Of a DNA stretch of 64,000 bases, positions 40,348 through 53,660 are shown piece after piece (position 1 is the stretch's first letter; the number at the start of each line of letters is the position of its first letter). Location: contig NC_043003.1 of assembly GCF_006345805.1 (NCBI RefSeq), forward strand, positions 50,778,001 to 50,842,000, given 5' to 3'. A model generated the notes under the pieces. That model was not told the origin of the DNA. It worked only from the letters and a program-made list of their open reading frames with translations, and did not search any database. The translations under genes and the position numbers were made by a program. Source of the stretch: Octopus sinensis (lineage: Eukaryota).

Positions 40348-40492
40348 ACGGCTAGCTTCTTTCAGCTTCCGTCAACCAAATCCACTCCTAAGGCTTTGAT
40401 CCACCCGAGCCTATAATAAAATACACTTGGCCAAAGTGTTATGCAGTGGGACTGAACTCGGAAGCAAACTTCTGACTACACCGCTACGCCTG
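40190..40492 (-). mobile_element. SINE family B (degenerate, internal (CA)n)
   Basis: Matches the family B reverse complement. Confidence 0.7.
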
Positions 40493-40504
40493 CATTTAAA
40501 TGTA

Positions 40505-40628
<124 letters not shown>

Positions 40629-40721
40629 CGTGTGTGTGCGTGTGTGTGTGTGCTTGCATAAAACAAATGATACAGAGAATGGAACACACGGGAAACTTCA
40701 TTGCTCACAACGATCGTTTGA

Positions 40722-40752
<31 letters not shown>

Positions 40753-41060
40753 CATATGTGTGTGTGTGTGTGTGTGTGTGTATGTATGAAATTGTATGAA
40801 AGAGTTCCCAAACTAGTTCTGTTGCTCCCCAACAGATATATACAAACAAGTGAACTGACACCGGTGAAATAAAACTTGCAGATATTTTGATCCAAAATGA
40901 AAGTGTGGAACCTATGTAAATGTGTTACAAGCTCTAATCCCATTATTTGGAACCTTTCTCTATTTTCAGCAGGCATCTGAGGATTTCAAGCGTTTAACCT
41001 CTTAGCCAGTACGCTTCTTCTGAGTGAGGCAACAAGGATGGAATTAGCCTTCCCCTATAC

Positions 41061-41770
41061 CTGTACTTTGCAACCTATTTTCACTTGCGGTACGCTTATA
41101 TTCTTTTCAAGATTCGGTGGCACACCTACATGAGGAATGTCTAAAGGATCATGGGAATAGGAAGTTCGGTAGCGGTCCCAGCCGCAAGTATATCCCTGTT
41201 GGGAGAATGTCCTGTTTGCCGTAGATTTTTTACAGACGCAGGGACAGGACGGGTAGAACCCGCCGGTTGCCGGATCAGACGCTTCCGTTCACCAGAGTCA
41301 CGTTAGCCGAGTACGGCCCCGATACCGCTGGGTGTCAGAACAATCCACCTTGGGTGGCCCAAGCAGAAACCGACGTCTCCGACGGCAGAGCTCTGACACT
41401 CCCGTTTCACCCCCTTACCACGATGAGGAGGGGGTTGGACTGAGGAGGGGAGGCTGATCTGGAACCCAACCTAGGCCCCTATGTCTACGGCGTTCGCCGC
41501 TGGAATAGGGAGTGTTTGGAGATCACGCGGTCGTTAGACTCAAATCGCCAGGCCTGGTCGACGTTTGTGAGAGATGCAGCATTGAGGATGAATGAAGCCG
41601 GCTCAACCCAACCCGGGTGAATGCTGCCTCAAGACAAGAAGGTGGCACACCTGAACTAAAAAATACAATTAAAAGTATAGCGAAAAAAAATTATATTCAA
41701 GTTACACTGCAGCACTCCTAACATCGCCTCGTGGCACACCAGTCTGCTGCGACACAACGGTTTTCTCATC
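41061..41770. mobile_element. Probable hAT-like MITE hosting the RTE-ended insertion
   Basis: Ends caacctattttcacttgcggtacgc / gtggcacaccagtctgctgcgacacaacggtt resemble short hAT MITE termini; decayed. Confidence 0.4.
41128..41640 (+). mobile_element. GC-rich insertion ending in an RTE-clade 3' terminus
   Basis: 3' part reads WTEEGEADLEPNLGPYVYGVRRWNRECL..RQAWSTFVRDA..AGSTQPG*; 12-bp TSD ggtggcacacct at 41116-41127 and 41641-41652. Confidence 0.8.
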
Positions 41771-42098
41771 AGCCACAACTACCTTGAGCTGTTCTCAACT
41801 GTCATAACTATTCACCGAGTGGCTTTCTTCGGTTATTTAGGTTGCAAAGAAATATTCAGCAAGATTATATCGTTAATTTTTTCTTGATATTTTTATATAT
41901 TGTTTATTTTGTTTTTTCTCTACATGGAAACAAAATGTAATTACATTAGTTCATATTTTCACAACGAGGCTTTTGATGTATAGTCTTTGATCTAATATAT
42001 ACTTCGGTGTATTACGTATTTATTTTTTCAATAAATGTGTATGTGCACGTGTATTTGTATCTATATTGTATTTACACACACATATACACACACACGCA

Positions 42099-42138
<40 letters not shown>

Positions 42139-42242
42139 AACTCGTGTGTGTGCGTGTGGGTGTGTTCGCGCCTTTTTCATGTGCGTCATATTTATATATA
42201 CATACGTACACATGTATGTATGCATTTATATATGTAGGTAGG

Positions 42243-42628
42243 TGCAGGCGTGGCTGTGGTAAGAAGCTTGGTTCCCAACTGCATGGTTCTGAGTTCAGAC
42301 CCACTGCACAGCACCTAGGACAAGGGTCTTCCACTACAGCCTCAGGCCGACCAAAGCTTTTTGAGTGAATTTGATAGACAGAAACAGAAAGAAGCCCGTC
42401 ATATATGTGTGTTTAGATATTTGTGTGTGTACATTTGTGTGTGTGGGTCTTTGTGTCTGTATTTGCCCCCCCCCCCATCAACGCTTGACAACCGCTGTTG
42501 ATGTGATTATGTACCTGTAACTTAGCGGTTCGACAAGAGAGTTCGATAGAATAAGTACTAGGCTTAAAGAAAGTCCGATTTCTTTGACTGAAACAAGCAA
42601 AAGAGTAAAATAATAAAAGAATGTGTGT

Positions 42629-42685
<57 letters not shown>

Positions 42686-43130
42686 CGTGTGCGTGTGTGT
42701 GTGTATATATATATATGCATATATACCTATAGGCGCAGGAGTGGCTTTGTGGTAAGTAGCTTGCTTACCAACCACATGGTTCCGGATTCAATCTCATTGC
42801 GTGGCACCTTGGGCAAGTGTCTTCTACTATATCCTCGGACCGACCAAAGCCTTGTGAGTGGATTTGGTTGACGGAAACTGAAAGAAGCCCTTCGTACATA
42901 TATATATGTGTGTGTATGCATGTGTATGTGTATGTTTGTGTGTCTTCTTCGCTCTCCCCGACATCGCTTGACAACCGATGTTGGTGTGTTTACGTCCCCG
43001 TTACTTAGCGGTTCGGTATAAGAGACTCATAGGATACGTACTGGGTTTACCACGAATAAGTTCTAATTTACACAACTAAAGGCGGTGCTCCTGCATGGCC
43101 GCAGGCAAATGACTGAAACAAATAAAAGAA
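42243..43130 (+). mobile_element. Two tandem SINE family B copies (42243-42610, 42731-43130)
   Basis: Two heads and tails separated by (TG)n. Confidence 0.85.
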
Positions 43131-43136
43131 CAGAAG

Positions 43137-43198
<62 letters not shown>

Positions 43199-43358
43199 AT
43201 GATAATAATCCACGATAGGATTTATAAATATTATAATGCATCGTTACGCGCGTTTCCACAATCATATGAGCATATGATTTTTGGAAACGTAGCTAGGCAT
43301 TGAAATATTTACAAATTCTAACCAAGGATTATTATTATAACTATATATTTCCTGCATT

Positions 43359-43590
43359 AAGGCGGCGAGCTGGCAGAAACGTTAGAACGCCGGGCGATAT
43401 GCGTAGCCGTATTTCGTCTGCCGTTACGTTCTGAGTTAAAATTCCGTCGAGGTCGACTTTGCCTTTCATCCTTTCGGGGTCGATAAATAAAGTACCAGTT
43501 ACGCACTGGGGCCGATGTAATCGACTTAATCACTTTGTCTGTCCTTGTTTGTCCCCTCTATGTTTAGCCCCTGGTAGGCAATAAAGAAAT
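43359..43590 (+). mobile_element. SINE family A, full length long-tail
   Basis: aaggcggcgagctggcagaaacgttag..gagttaaaattcc..gtcgactttgcctttcatcc..ttagcccc. Confidence 0.9.
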
Positions 43591-44224
43591 ATATATTTTT
43601 CCTGCATAATATCGGCACAGCTCGGTGCAGCCCTCAAAGAACTGTTATTGCCAGTTGGTATCATTAGGCATAATAAGATAGGAGCTTTTATATATATATA
43701 TGTGTGTGTGTGTGTGTTTCTCCTCCAGAACTGTCTGAGAACCGCGATCGGTTTCTTTACATCCTGCAACTTTGCGGATCGTCAAAACACAACCGATAGA
43801 ATAAGTACCAGACTTACAAAGAATAAGTACAGCGGTCGATTTTCTCGACTAAAACTGGTGCCCCAACATGGCCACTGTCTAATAGCTGAAACAAGTAAAT
43901 GACAAAAGATAAAACGATCCCCTCGTATTTTCATGAAACCTTTCAAAACAATCACTTTTGAACATCAGAGATTCTGAGACCACAGTTTTTGTAAATAAAA
44001 TCATTGGTATTTGTTTTTAATCTTTTTTTCTTCTATTTTCAAATTGGAAACTGATTTGTATTCGAGGACTTACAACCGCAGTACTATTTTTTTCTTTCCA
44101 TAAATACGTTTCATTTTCATTTGAAGTGTGTAAACATATATTTTGTTTATGTGACCAAAATATAACTGCGTACAAAATAAAATATATTAATACACTTTAA
44201 AGGCAAAACAAAATAAATTTATTA

Positions 44225-44637
44225 TACAGGAGTTGTTGTGTGGTAACTAGCTTGCTTACGAACCACATAGTTCCAGGTTCAGTCCCACTGCGTGGCACCT
44301 TGGATAAGTGTCTTCTACTATAGCCTCGGGCCGACCAAAGTCTTGTGTGTGGATTTGGTAAACGGAAACTGAAAGAAGCCCGTCGTATATGTGTATATAT
44401 ATGTATGTGTGTGTATGTATTTGTGTGTCTGTGTTTGTCCCCCCCAACATCGCTTGACAACCGATGTCGGTGTGTTTACGTCCCCGTAACTTAGCGGTTC
44501 AGCAAAACAGACCGATAGAATAAGTACTAGGTTTACAAAGAATAAGTCCTGGTGTCGATTTGCTCCACTAAAGGCGGTGCTCCAACATGGCCACGGTCAG
44601 ATGACTGAAACAAGTAAAAGAGTAAAAGAGTAAAAGA
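44225..44637 (+). mobile_element. SINE family B, full length
   Basis: Head, CORE-like motif, internal microsatellite, (gtaaaaga)n tail. Confidence 0.9.
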
Positions 44638-44934
44638 GGACAAAATATATCAATACATTTTAACTGTTGTTTTTGATGGTATTTATAACTTATACTCATT
44701 GAACGTTATTATATTTATGAGTTAAACAAAAAAATATTTATAATAAACAAGCCTTTTAACTTATTATCTAAAATTTGAGGAGCGGGATAGTAAATTACAT
44801 CCACGCTAGTACTCAACTAGTAAAGTCGGACAAAATGTCACTAAATATTTTGCACGGCGTGCTAGCGTTTCTGTCTGTTCGCTGCCTTAATGAAAAAAAT
44901 GTTTTAAATTAATAATAATAATAATCTTTTCTAC

Positions 44935-45320
44935 TCTAGGCACAAGGCCAGATATTTTGGAGGAGGCCACTTGATTAGATCGATCCCAGTACGGAAATGG
45001 TACTTAATTTATCGACCCCGAAAGGATGAAAGGCAAAGTCGACCTCTGCGCAATTTGAACTCACGGTAAAAACGAACGAAATACCTATTTCTTTTCTACC
45101 CACAAGGGGCTAAACACAGAGAGGACAAACAAGGACAGACAAATGGATTAAGTCGATTATATCGACCACCCCAGTGCATAAGTAGTACTTATTTAATCGA
45201 CCCCGAAAGATGAAGGGCAAAGTCGACCTCGGCGGAATTTGAACTCAGAACGTAACGGCAGACGAAATACCACTAGGCATTTTGACCGGCGTGCTAACGT
45301 TTCTGCCTGCTCGCCGCCTT
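44935..45320 (-). mobile_element. SINE family A dimer
   Basis: Same architecture and junction as 39005-39388. Confidence 0.85.
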
Positions 45321-45361
45321 AACAACAACAACAACAACAACAACAATAGTAATAATAATAA

Positions 45362-45696
45362 GTGAGGGAGCATCCTAGCCATGTGTTGAGAAGGATTACT
45401 TGGGGTTTGAATAATTCACCTCTGGAAACATGGGTGGTTTTTTCAACATCCTTAAACAACCCTTATTCAGGGACCTTTTGAGCAGGATGGGTTACTTGAC
45501 CCGAAGAAAATTCTAATTGGGCCCCACCTGCAAGAGCATATGCTGTTTATCTTGATGAGAACACCATGTCGCGTACATATGGTTGTGATGCATGTGCCTA
45601 GTGTACCCTTATCAGACTGGTAGTCATGATGGGTATACTGGGCTTCGTATATTTTACCCCAGTGTCACTTTGATGGCATGCACTGCTCTCTCACTC

Positions 45697-45697
<1 letters not shown>
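45362..45697 (+). mobile_element. Unclassified ~335-bp element embedded in (AAT)n
   Basis: Complex sequence with (AAT)n on both sides; no coding signal. Confidence 0.5.
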
Positions 45698-45733
<36 letters not shown>

Positions 45734-46539
45734 TTTATTCATTAATTTATTTTATTTGTTTACTTTTCTATTTTCTATTTTTTTCATTTTTACTCTCTGT
45801 CTCCCCCTTTTTCTCTATCACATGACTCCTCAATGGATGGACGGACGGACGGACGGATGGATGGATGGATGTGTGTTGTGTTGTGTTTTGCGTGTGTGTG
45901 TGGGTGGGTGTGTGAAGTTTAAGGACAATAGACATTGCTAACACAGGAGTAATAAATGTTTCAGAAAAAAAACCTCTGTGACTTTAACGTCCGAATGTGC
46001 CTTAACGTTTCGGAGATTAGTCCTTCAGACATTTATGCGTTAAAATTATCTTTGTCAAAATTTATTCTTGTGTTCTGCTTTTGAATGCTTATGTCTATAT
46101 TAGGTGTCTTCGAACCCAGACCTTCATGTACAAAAAAAACTAAGATGAGATTAATATATAATCAATTAAATACATCCTCTCGAAACTATTGGCCCTGTGC
46201 CCCAATCAGATGCCATTATTATTACTCTTTCTTCATTATTAAGGTGGTGAGCTGGAAGCATCTTTAGTACGCCGGACAAAATGCTTAGTAGCATTTCTTC
46301 AGACTCTTTTACGTTTTGAATTCAAACGTCGCTGCAGTCGACTTTGCCTTTCCTTCCTTTGGGATCAATAAGATAATACGTCAATTAATGGGTCGATATA
46401 ATCGACTTATCGCTACCCTCTCAAAATTGGTAGTCTGTGCCAAAATTGGAAAGAATTATAACTACTACTACTACTACAACTACATGTACGTGCTCTGTGA
46501 AAAGATTTGAGTGCTCAGAGCGAGCCCCGCCGGCTTGCA

Positions 46540-46571
<32 letters not shown>

Positions 46572-46892
46572 GTACTAGTATTTTCTGATGTGTCAGAATC
46601 GGTAAAGTAGCTATGTATTCAAAATCCGTGTTTGTCAGATTTTTCGTTCATCGATCCAGGCTTTACAAATTTAGTACTAGTAGAGTTACTGATGTCTATA
46701 TAATAGACTGTTCATAAAATTTTGGGCTTGTGCCTATTTTAGTGATCGCTAGAGGAAAGGAATATAGTGGAATATGTGAGACGTTGGGAAATATACCTTT
46801 TGGAATTTATTTGTATTTCTTTGCATTCTGATTTCAAATATCAGATACACTTCCATAATTTAAGACACTTCGTAAAATATGAATGAACCGTA

Positions 46893-47190
46893 TACGCCAT
46901 ATGCCCGTGGGCCCACAGGTATATGGCGTAGTAATTAAGAGCGCGGTCTACTAACCCCAAGATTTCGAGTTCGATTCCAAGCAGTGAACTGAATAATAAT
47001 AATAATAATAACAACAACAACAACAACAACATCGAAAAATACCTTAGGAATGAGAACCCAGGTTCGAAATTTCCCCAACAAGGCTGGAGGATATATCAGC
47101 TGAAACGTTGTGTAAACATTTAACATGATGAGGACAAATATCCGTCAAATGTAAATAATGTACATAATTCCTCATCTTTTAAATATAGAA
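46893..47190 (+). mobile_element. Family E copy with 5' hairpin; HHR core deleted
   Basis: Head at 46917, (AAT)n(AAC)n, body; gacacctgatga missing before aggctgg..cagctgaaacgttgtgt; inverted head copy 46893-46906. Confidence 0.85.
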
Positions 47191-48604
47191 GAGTGTGAGT
47201 CATTTATTAATCGACGAGTCTGTCATTAGTATTTTATCAGTGGCGAAAATGTTCTGCTGTATATTACTCATGTTTTATCACCTACCACAAACAATCCAAA
47301 GAATGAAAAAAAATCGATGTACACCTTGCTATCATTCCGAACTGCGATTATAGGGAAACGAAATTATATTGTCAAAACTCATTTAATCTGTGCTCCAGAA
47401 TTCCTGCCAACGCATTGAGATATATATCATGGAATTTTATGTAGCTCTCTTTACATTGTTAAATGGAAAATATTTGCTTTAAGGTTAAAGGTTAATAATA
47501 TAGCTGCATCTAAATCTGATACCATATGAAGCGAAATATTTAAAGTGTTCCTTTCGTGTATTTATATATTTATTCATATTGTTTTTCACTGTTTAGCTAT
47601 CTGACATTTTATTCCCACCACGTCTGTAAAAGTGCAGACTCAAATCTTCATTTAAATAGCATATGCAGGAGTTCTTCGATTTGAAAGACAGAGGAAAAAA
47701 ATACAGAAGACTAAATAAATAATGAATTCAAAAATGGGAGTGGGGAAGCATAACAGATTTCAACAATGGAATATGAAAAAAAAATAATAATAACTTTACG
47801 AAAATAATAACTTCATGAAATATTCATACAGAGTGAGAATTGCTAGTGTGTGCAAGGAGTGTAAGATTATTGTACTATACTTGGTTTAATAGCTAACAGC
47901 CATATTTACATATTTGCGCACATTCATATAATTCAAAACTATCCATAGATAGCCTAAGCTCAGATTAACTTGCATATAAAGGTACAAAACCTACGTTTTG
48001 TATTTTTAATGCAAAATACATTTATATACACCAGCTCACAAATATACATACTATTATTTACGGTTTAAAACACATATAAACTGACGCTGGTAATATCTGA
48101 AACAGTGTTCACAAATACTGACATAACACGCAAGGCGTAACAAAGAAATATATCAGTTTCCTGTCCACCACGTCAAAATGTATGGCAAAAGCTACACTCT
48201 TTGCAATCTAAAGTGGCGATGTTGTTTCACTGGAAGCTGGAGCAGTTTAATTTACTTGCGCTGTTAATACACTCTAGAAAGGAATAAATATTCAAACATA
48301 TTTCTTTTCTAAAATGTAAGGCATTTGTACTAAGGCAGAAATAAACCAAATCACAAATCCAATTTCTAGCAATCAAGAACAATGGAGTTTCAATTCTTGG
48401 TCGGAACCATTCCATTTACCCTACCTAAAATAATTCTTTCTAATTTTTTCACACAAGGCAAGCGATATTGAATGAAAGTAGAAGTCAATTACATTGCCTC
48501 CACTGCTCAAATGGTGCTTACTTTATAGACTTTAGAGGGATCTGAACTCAGAACATAAACATCCGGAAATACCGGCTGCCTTTTCTCCTCCGATAATAGT
48601 TTCA

Positions 48605-49350
48605 AATTTTGGCACAAGGTCAGCAATTTTGGGGGCGGAGGTAAGTTGATTACATCGTCCCCAGTGGTCAAATGGTACTTATTTTATTGACCCCAGAAGA
48701 CTGAAAGGCAAAGTAGACTTCAGAGGAATTTGAACTCAGAACGGAAATATGCACGAAATACCTATTTCTTTACTACCCACAAGGGGCTAAACACAGAGAG
48801 GACAAACAAGGACAGACAAACGGACTAAGTCGATTATATCGACCACAGTGCGTAACTGGTACTTAATTTATAGACCCCGAAAGGATTAAAGGCAAAGTCG
48901 ACCTCGGCGGATTTTGAACTCAGAACGTAACGGCAGAGGTAATACCTCTAAGCATGTTGTTAAGGCAGCGAGCTGGCAGAAACGTTAGCACGCCGGGCGA
49001 AATGCTTAGCAGTATTTCGTCTGCCCTTACGTTCTGAGTTCAAATTCCGCCGAGGTCGACTTTGCCTTTCATCCTTTGGGGTCGCTTAAATAAGTACCAG
49101 TTGGGCACTGGGGTCGATATAATCGACTTAATCCGTTTGTCTGTCCTTGTTTGTCCCCTCTATGTTTAGCCCCTTGTGGGCAATTAAGAAATAAGAATCG
49201 TTAGCGCACCGGATGAAATGCATAGCGAAATTTCACCTGTCATTACGTACGAAGTTCAAATTCTACCGAGGTCGACTTTGCCTTTTATCCTTTCTGGGTC
49301 GATAAATCGGGTACCAGTGAAACTCTGAGATAAATGTTATCGACTGCCCC
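48605..49350. mobile_element. Divergent SINE family A cluster: minus dimer 48605-48955, plus copies 48962-49195 and 49195-49350
   Basis: Direct sequence match to family A on both strands. Confidence 0.85.
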
Positions 49351-50109
49351 TTTCCCTTGCCTATAGTAGAAAGGATTATTTGTTGTTGTCGTTGTTGTTG
49401 TTGTTGCTATCGTGTAGAGTGATTGGCATTAAATAGATGTGTTTCTATACATCCATTTCTCTTTCACATTCACACTCATTCACACATTCATAAAGATATG
49501 TATACATGCATTAATACACGTATATAGATGCACAGAGCGTCTAATTATCATGAGATACATTTTATTTGTGCCTTGGTAATGAATTATACACTCTCATTTA
49601 TAAATGTGCTTATTCCAATCCAAGTTACTTGCATTTAAGTTGTGTACGATCATTCCGAGACACCCTATATATGCTGACACACAAACAAAGACACATGCTA
49701 ATACTCTCAATCATATATACAGTGACCTACACGCAAGCACATGTAAAGATATACAGCTACTTTTGGATGCAAATATGCATACACACGCAAGAAGGTAGTT
49801 ATATAATAGCAGCAGATAAAGACGAAAACATATTCAATGAAAGATAAAGATTACAGTTTAAATAAGTACATAAAATATCAGTGAAAAGAAATACGGTAGA
49901 GTGGAAATGAATAGCTTTGTAAAAAGTAGAGTGAGGAGAGGAGGTGGTTGAAGTGGGAAAAAAAATGTAGTATGTAGAAATACTGAGATGTCTGTGAATA
50001 GAAAAAAAAACAATGAAATTAACTTACAAACTAAGAAAAGAGAGCAAGGAAGACGATAAATTGATTCGTATAAGAGGATTAATGAATATATATTTTTCGT
50101 TTCTACTTT

Positions 50110-50380
50110 TTATATATAAAATAATATTGATGATGATGATGACGATGACGACGACGACGTTGATGATGAACATTTTTCATGATCATTTTCATTATTGTCA
50201 TCTACCAATATCATTATCTATCATTATTATCTAATATCATCAAGGTTATAACCTTCGCCTCCGCCATCATAATCATTTTCATCATATTCAACTTCATCAT
50301 CATCAACATCATCATCACCACATTCATCATCATCATCATCATCATGACCAACACCATCACCGCCCCCAGAATCACTATTA
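50110..50380. repeat. (GAT)n/(CAT)n low-complexity tract
   Basis: Visible trinucleotide repeats. Confidence 0.85.
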
Positions 50381-50399
50381 TAACGTTCTCTTTGATTAC

Positions 50400-51360
50400 T
50401 GAATATGTCGGCATCAGACGGACATTTTGACCAGCGGAAGCCATTTCTTCCACGAGAAGCCAGAGAGCAAACGTTTCTTAAATGAAAAGATGCAATGACA
50501 AGACATTACAATCTAGCCAGGAGTTAACATTGCGGAGGCGATAGATGCATTCGCCACCTTTGCTTGACATTTCAAGAATAGCGTTCTCTCAGCCGATTTC
50601 TAAATGAGGCGGGCTATACGGCTCCTGTTCTGTCCGATTTTCAATTCACCTGGAAGTTTGAACCATGCCAGTTCTCTAACACCATAACGCCTTACCATAC
50701 CTGCAACCAGTGACGAAGAAGAAACAGTTTCCACTTGCCTCTCTAGAGAACGAGTTGCAAGTCCACCGATTTGTGCATTTATTAATATGTACTCTTGTTA
50801 CCACCCCGTCTTACTTTAGAACAGTACCCACCGTTTCAGTTTCTGAGATATCAGAAAATACGATGGCGATGTCGTCCGCTTACGCAGATACGGTTCTCTG
50901 TGTTTTTCCAAGCAGGAGTGGAATATTTCTCAAGATATCACGTTATACAAGGAAACAACCCAGCCTCTGAGATGAAGAGGAAACAGGTCAGACTTTATAC
51001 AGCAACTGTCGGGGCTGAAGCCTTTAGTTTGATCTATAGTTATCATGGTTCTTCCGAAGCCAGGTTTTTTCCAACATTATTACGATTTGTTACATAAGAC
51101 GCAACTAGTCCCAAAGTGACTACACTACCATCGACATGCATCGACCACTTTCGGAGCATCATTGCTAAACTTTTTCTACTCTGCATTTAGCAGAGTTATG
51201 GAATTGAAATTACCGATGATAACAACCATGCTCACCTTTCAGCAAGACTAACACGGCCACGCTCACGTAAACTGAAAAGTACACAGATCTTCAACCCTGG
51301 GGAATTTAACGAAAGGCGTCTATCAAGATATTAGGGTCCAGCTCTGGCATATAAATACTT
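50400..51360 (-). mobile_element. Decayed LINE reverse-transcriptase remnant
   Basis: Minus strand near 50860-50890 reads *ADDIAIVFSDISETETV, i.e. a broken YADD motif; flanking frames broken. Confidence 0.45.
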
Positions 51361-53150
51361 AAATGAGTGATCAACCACCAAGTAAATCGGATTTCTCAAC
51401 TACCCCCATGAGCTTTCGCACAAGGTCTTAATTCTGAGGGAGTAGACTAGTCGATTAAATGGGCCCCAGTTCTTGATTGGTGCCTTATTTTATCAATTCC
51501 GAAAAGATGAAAGACAAATTTAACCTAGGCGGGATTTGAACTCAGAACACAAACAACCGAAACATTGCAAAGCATTTTCTTCCGATCTGCCGATTTTGTA
51601 ATATTGATAATTATTGTTATCATCACTGCCATCAAAAAAAAAAGTCATCATCACCATCATCATCATCATCATCCTCATCACCACCACCAACCTCCTCACC
51701 ATCATTAATTTATGATGGGCCTCGTCAAATTAGCATATTTATCTATAAAGTCTCCTCTTAATCGTTGACGTGTCCAACAAAGCAATAACAGAATCAGCCA
51801 GTCATTCAAGCTGTGAAATGTCTCATAAAATATCGTCTGTTCTGTAAGTGGCATATAGATAAACAACAGAGATGGACATTAAACCGAGAGAGGGTGAAAG
51901 ATTTACTATTTTATAATACATGTCTATGTTTAATAACGATTCTATTACGACTCAATTTCATAGTTAACTATCTGAGCATGATTTTTGACTGGTGGTTTTT
52001 GTTGTTATTGTTGCTTATGTTTGTACTTGCTTTCTTTAGCAAATTTTGTTCTTTGATGTTGCTCTTTTTATTAAGACTGTCGTTATTACATCGACTTATT
52101 ATTTGTTCCAGTTAAGTCAAAGCATCAGCTAAAAGTGAAATTTATTTTTTCCACATCTTAGAACACACACACACACACACATTCTCTCTCTCTCTCTTTC
52201 TTTGTCTCTCTCTCTCTCTTTCACAAACAAACAAGTAAATAATCATACACACATTAAAACTTCGTTTTGCTAAATTATTAATTATCTTCAAAGAATCATT
52301 AGAGAAAAAATAGATGGAAAATGAGAAAATTTTTGTGTAAGCGATTTTGCTAAATCTAGCTTTTTAGATACCTAATACTAATCAAAAGATTCTAAGTCGT
52401 TATATGTACATTCGTGACTGTGTTTAATAGCATTTGTCAGTATATTCGGTTTAGTTTCAAATTGAAAATCCTTAAAAAGTATTCTTTTTTTTTTTGTCTT
52501 CCGTGAATTGTTCAACAAGAATTAAAAAGCCACGCAGATAAACAAATGGAGGAAATGAAATACTGACAGAGACATTCAAAAGCAATATACAAAAACAAGA
52601 AAAATATCATTTTTAAAAATAAACACTTGAAGACAAAATCTTTTTACAAAAAAAAAGACAAGGGTTTTTTTTATATATTCACTGTAAGATAGAATTCATC
52701 AATCCAAAGAAATCCATCACAGTCACATTGTTCGGCGAAGGTAACGCAACAAGTTGAAATACATAACTAATATTTATGTCCTTTTCATGTTCGTAACCTA
52801 AAGAATTCGCTTATACAGAAGAGACGTGTAAAGATTAGTTTTAGTGAGGTTGGCGATCGATATCCTTATCGACATTAGTTGTGTGGATTATAGGTGTATC
52901 ACTTTTATTATTATAATCCTCATCTTCTTTATCTAAAAGATTTGGTGAGGTATAATTTCCAAAAAAAGATAAAATAAAAATAAATGTTTGTGACGACTTT
53001 TCGGCCACTGATATAAAAATCAGTCTGATCTACCGTTCTTTGTAATCAGAGTCTACGGGATTGTCGCATTCTGCGTTCAAAATAAAGCCGTATGCACGTT
53101 TTTCAGTCTTGTATAATACGCACAATTTTTTTCCAGTTAAGTGCAAAAGT

Positions 53151-53660
53151 GGAGGCGCGTGACTTACTAGTTAGGGTGTCAGCATTATGATCGTAAGATT
53201 GTGGTTTCGATTCCCGGACCGGTCGACGCGTTGTGTTCTTGAGCAAAACACTTCATTTCACGTTGCTCCAGTCTACTTAGCAGGCAAAAATGAGTAACGC
53301 CGCGATGGACTGGCGTCCCATCCGGCTTGGGAACACATACGCCAAAAGAAACCGGGAAACTTTGCCCATGAGCCTGGCTAGGCTTTAAAAGAGGGTGAAT
53401 TTATCGTGGAGGCGTGAAACCTAGTGGTTAGGGTGTCAGCACCATGATCGTAAGATTGTGGTTTCGATTCCTGGACCGGTCGACGCGTTGTGTTCTTGAG
53501 CAAAACACTTCATTTCACGTTGCTCCAGTCTACTTAGCAGGCAAAAATGAGTAACGCCACGATGGACTGGCGTCTCATCCAACTTGGGAACAGATACGCC
53601 ATGGAAACCTGGAAACCGGGCCCATGAGCCTGGCTAGGCTTTAAAAGGGCGCATTTATTT
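53151..53660 (+). mobile_element. Tandem dimer of SINE family C (53151-53400, 53407-53660)
   Basis: Two highly similar units sharing variants (ccggtcgacgcg, gtctacttagcaggc) absent from the 29181 copy. Confidence 0.9.

Noticed and set aside
46270-46305. Minus-strand CTGAAGA followed by a perfect 6-bp stem
   Set aside because: No GAAA box; the stem is the tRNA-derived arm of a SINE A head.
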